This document shows, one piece after another, positions 60,790-64,000 of a DNA stretch of 64,000 bases. The DNA is from Isurus oxyrinchus (lineage: Eukaryota): positions 37,820,001 through 37,884,000 of the forward strand of contig JANJGN010000026.1 of assembly GCA_026770705.1 (NCBI GenBank). Direction: 5' to 3'. Within the stretch, counting starts at the first letter, position 1. The number at the start of each line of letters is the position of its first letter. The position numbers and the translations under genes are program-made. The notes beneath the pieces are model-generated. The model made no database searches, was not told the DNA's origin, and was given only the letters and a program-made list of their open reading frames with translations.

Positions 60790-62995
60790 TTTCTTCATTC
60801 TTTCATGTGGGTGGCGCTAGCTAGGCCTCCGTTTATTGCCTATTCTTATTGGCCTTAAGAACCTGGTTATTAGCTATCTCCTTGAACCGCTGAAGTCCAT
60901 GTGGCCTAGATACACAAGCAATGCTGTGAGGAAGACAATTCCAAGGTTTTAACCTGGTGCCAGTGAAGGAACAGTTGTGTAATACCAAGTCCGGATAGTG
61001 TGTCGTTTGCAGGGGAATTTGCAGGTGATGGTGTTCACATGCATTTGCTGCCCATGTCCTTCCAGGTAGCAGATATCATTTGTTTAGAAGGTGCTGTCGA
61101 AGAAGCCTTGGTGAGTTACTGCGGTGCATAATTTAGATGAAATGCGTTGCTGCCACCATGCGTTAGTGGTGGAGAGAGTGACAGCTAAAGGTAGTGGATA
61201 GGGGACGGTGGTCGCAATCAAGTGGGCTGCTTTTTCCTGGATGGTGACGAGCTTCTTGAGTGTTTCAGGGCTGTACTCATCCAGGCGAGTGGACAGCATA
61301 CCATCATACTCCTGACTTGTGTCTTGCAGATGGTGGACAGGATTTGGACAGTCAGATAGTAAGCATCTCGCTGCCAAATTCCTAGCCTCTGAACTGCCTT
61401 GTCGCCAAAGCACTTCTATGCATTGTCCAGTTCGGTGTAAGGGAAATGGCTACCCCAACTATGTTGATAGTGGAGAATTCTGCGGTGGTAGTGCCATTGA
61501 ATGTCAAGGGGAGATGGTTGGATAACCTCTTGTTGGATATGGTCGTTGCTTGGCAATTGTGTAGCTAAAATGTTATTTGCCACTTATAAGCTCAAGCCAG
61601 AATGTCATTCATGTCTTGTTGCAGCATTTGGACATGTACTGCTGCAGTGCCTGAGGAGTCGTGGATGGTGTTGAGCATTGTGCAATCATCAGCAAACATC
61701 CCCACCTTATAATGGAGGGCGGCTCAGTGATGATGCAGCTGAAGATAGTTTGGCCTAGGCCACTACCCTGAGGAACTCCTGCAGTGATATCCTGGGACTG
61801 ATATGGTTGAACTTCAAAAGCAACCATCTTCATTTGTGCTAGGCATGGCTCCAGTCAGTGGAAAGTTTTCTCCTGATTCCCATTGACTCCAATTTTGCTA
61901 GGGCTCCCTGATGACCTAATCAGTCAAAAGCTACCTTATAGTCAAGAGCCGTCATTCTCACTTCATATCTTCCTTTCTGCTATTTTGTCCTTGTTTGAAC
62001 TAACGCTGTAATAAGGCCAGGAGCTGAGTGGCCCTGAAGGACTTCAAACTGAGCACCAGTGAACAGGTTATTGCTGAGTTACTGACGCTTGATAGCACTG
62101 TCAATGACACTTTCCAGCGGTCTGCTAATGATCGAGAGCAGACTGATGGTTCGGTAATTGACCTGGTTGGATTTGTCCTGCTTTTTCCGCACAAGACACA
62201 ATGGGAAATGTTCCACATTGCCGGATTGATGCCACTGTTGTGGCTGTGCTGGAAAGGCTTGGCTAGCGGTGTGGCTCGTCCTGGAGCACAAATCTTTAGT
62301 ACTGAATCTTGGCAGGCCCCATAGCCTTTGCAGTATCCTGTGCCTTCAGCCGTTTCTTGATATCACGTGGTTTGAATCGAATATTGTCTGAAGACTGGCA
62401 TCTGTGATGCTGGATATCTCAGGACCAGGCCGAGATGGATTACCCACTCGGCACTTCTGGTGTAAGGTTGTTGTAAATACTTCAGCCTTGCATTTTGCAT
62501 TAATCTGCTGAGCTGCTCCGTCATTGAGTATGGGGATATTTGTGGAGCCTTCTCCCCATATTTGCTGTTGAATTGTCTATCGCCAGTCATGGCTAGAAGT
62601 GGCAGGATTGAAGAGCTTAGATCTGATCCATTAGTTGTGGGATTGCTTAGCTTTGTCTATAGCATTTGATTCCGCTCATTGGCACACAAGTAATCCTGTG
62701 TTGTAGCTTCACCAGGGTGATGCCTTATTTTTAGGTATGCCTGGTGCTACTCTTGGATTGCCCTCCTGCACTCTTCATTGAACGAGGGTTTATGCCCCGG
62801 TGTGAAGGTAATGGTGGAGTGGGAGATATACGAGGCCATGAGGTTACAAATTGTGATTGTGTACATTTGTGCTGCTTCTGATGGCCCAGTGCCTCAAGGT
62901 TGCACAGTCTTGAGTTGCTTAATCTGTTTGAAATCTATCCCAATTAGCGCGGTGGTAGTGGCACACAACACGATGGAGGTGTCTTCAATGTGAAC
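60790..62995 (-). mobile_element. L2/CR1-group LINE ORF2 (RT) with 3' tail
   Basis: KKQDKSNQVNYRTISLLSIISRPLESVID; DITAGVPQGSGLGQTIFSCII; tail AATAAACGGAGGCCTAGCTAGCGCCACCCACATG. Confidence 0.85.
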
Positions 62996-63139
62996 ACATG
63001 TGCATTAAGTTAAAATGTGAATTAATTGAGAAAACATTTCCTTTGGAAGGCGTTCGAGTTTATAACCTGTGATTCCAGATTTTAATGCATTAACTTTCTG
63101 TTAGTTCCCTTGATAGTTTTAGAGGTTACATTTAAAAAA

Positions 63140-63510
63140 AAATATTTCATGCAATGTGGGTATCACTGGCAAGGCCAGCACTTGCTGCCCACCCCAAATT
63201 GTCCGGGACTGAATTGTGTCCCCTACTATTTCAGAGGGCAGTTATGAGTCAACCACATTTCTGTGAGTCTAGAGTCACATGCAGACCAGACCAGATCAGG
63301 ATGGCAGATTCCCTTCCCTAACGGACATTAATAAACCAGATGGCTCTTTATGACAATCGATGGTAGTTTCATGGTCACCATGACTGAGGCTAGCTTTCAG
63401 TAGTTGAATTAATTCCACTATTGCCGTGGTGGGATTTGAATCCTTGTTCCCAGTGTATTGCCATGGGCCTCTGGATTACTAGTCCAGTGCCACTAAACCT
63501 CCATCTCACC
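63140..63510 (-). mobile_element. tRNA-derived SINE with L2-like 3' tail
   Basis: Minus-strand head TGGACTAGTAATCCAGAGG...GGATTCAAATCCCACC (B box); tail shared with the LINE at 60790. Confidence 0.75.
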
Positions 63511-64000
63511 CTAAAATTGTTTAATTATTGAAATATTTAATTATATTTTAAGCCAGTGGGCAATCTGGTTACAATGTAAAGGTCTCCTAATTTGTTAACT
63601 TCTTCCACCTCAGCAAGCCCCTCTTCCAGACAGCAATCCCGCTGACTGTGAATGACTGGATACAATTCTTTTTACAGAAACTAGATTTTACTCGGTTTGC
63701 AGCATTATGATTAGGGAAGGAAACGTTATTCGACGTCGAAGGGAGGGTTTGAAATGAACAGCAGCTGAATTTAAGTGCTTTTGAACTTAATATTGTCGGA
63801 AATTTACCATTACCCAATTAAGATAAATTGCCTTGTTTAATCTGACAAAGAATAGAGATTTATCTGCTGAGAACCAGATTGTTGCATGGCTGATATCTGT
63901 TTCTGTGTGTCTGCTCTGTGTGCGGGTCAGGAATCCACCCAGCTGGTTATAAACCTTTTAGCTCATTCTCGTGTATTTCAGAAAGTGCAGTTCGACACAT

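Noticed and set aside
57194-63860. Search for an Ig or TCR constant exon or supporting V after JH
   Set aside because: Only AT-rich spacer and LINE/SINE sequence were recognised. A highly diverged exon cannot be excluded without a profile search.

Overview
Repeat-rich vertebrate genomic DNA that reads as part of a cartilaginous-fish (shark) T-cell receptor alpha/delta locus. The taxon and locus are inferred from the antigen-receptor segments and repeat families, not from a database search. The window holds a complete, apparently intact NAR-TCR cassette: leader, IgNAR-like V, 12/12 D and 23-RSS J, then a leaderless supporting V-delta that carries two perfect tandem 23-RSSs. A second, apparently intact IgH-type leader-VH-D-JH(WGQG) cassette has almost identical geometry and no visible constant exon. 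It is the best candidate for an undescribed system, namely a VH-headed double-V TCR. At least six TCR V pseudogenes lie on both strands. Other contents are an intact two-exon GPR139-like GPCR, a processed SMN retrocopy, a degenerate 27-bp satellite, Penelope-like remnants with hammerhead-like hairpins, CR1, L2-like, Tx1 and RTE LINE fragments, SINEs and two assembly gaps. Repeat boundaries are approximate; exon and RSS coordinates were counted by hand.
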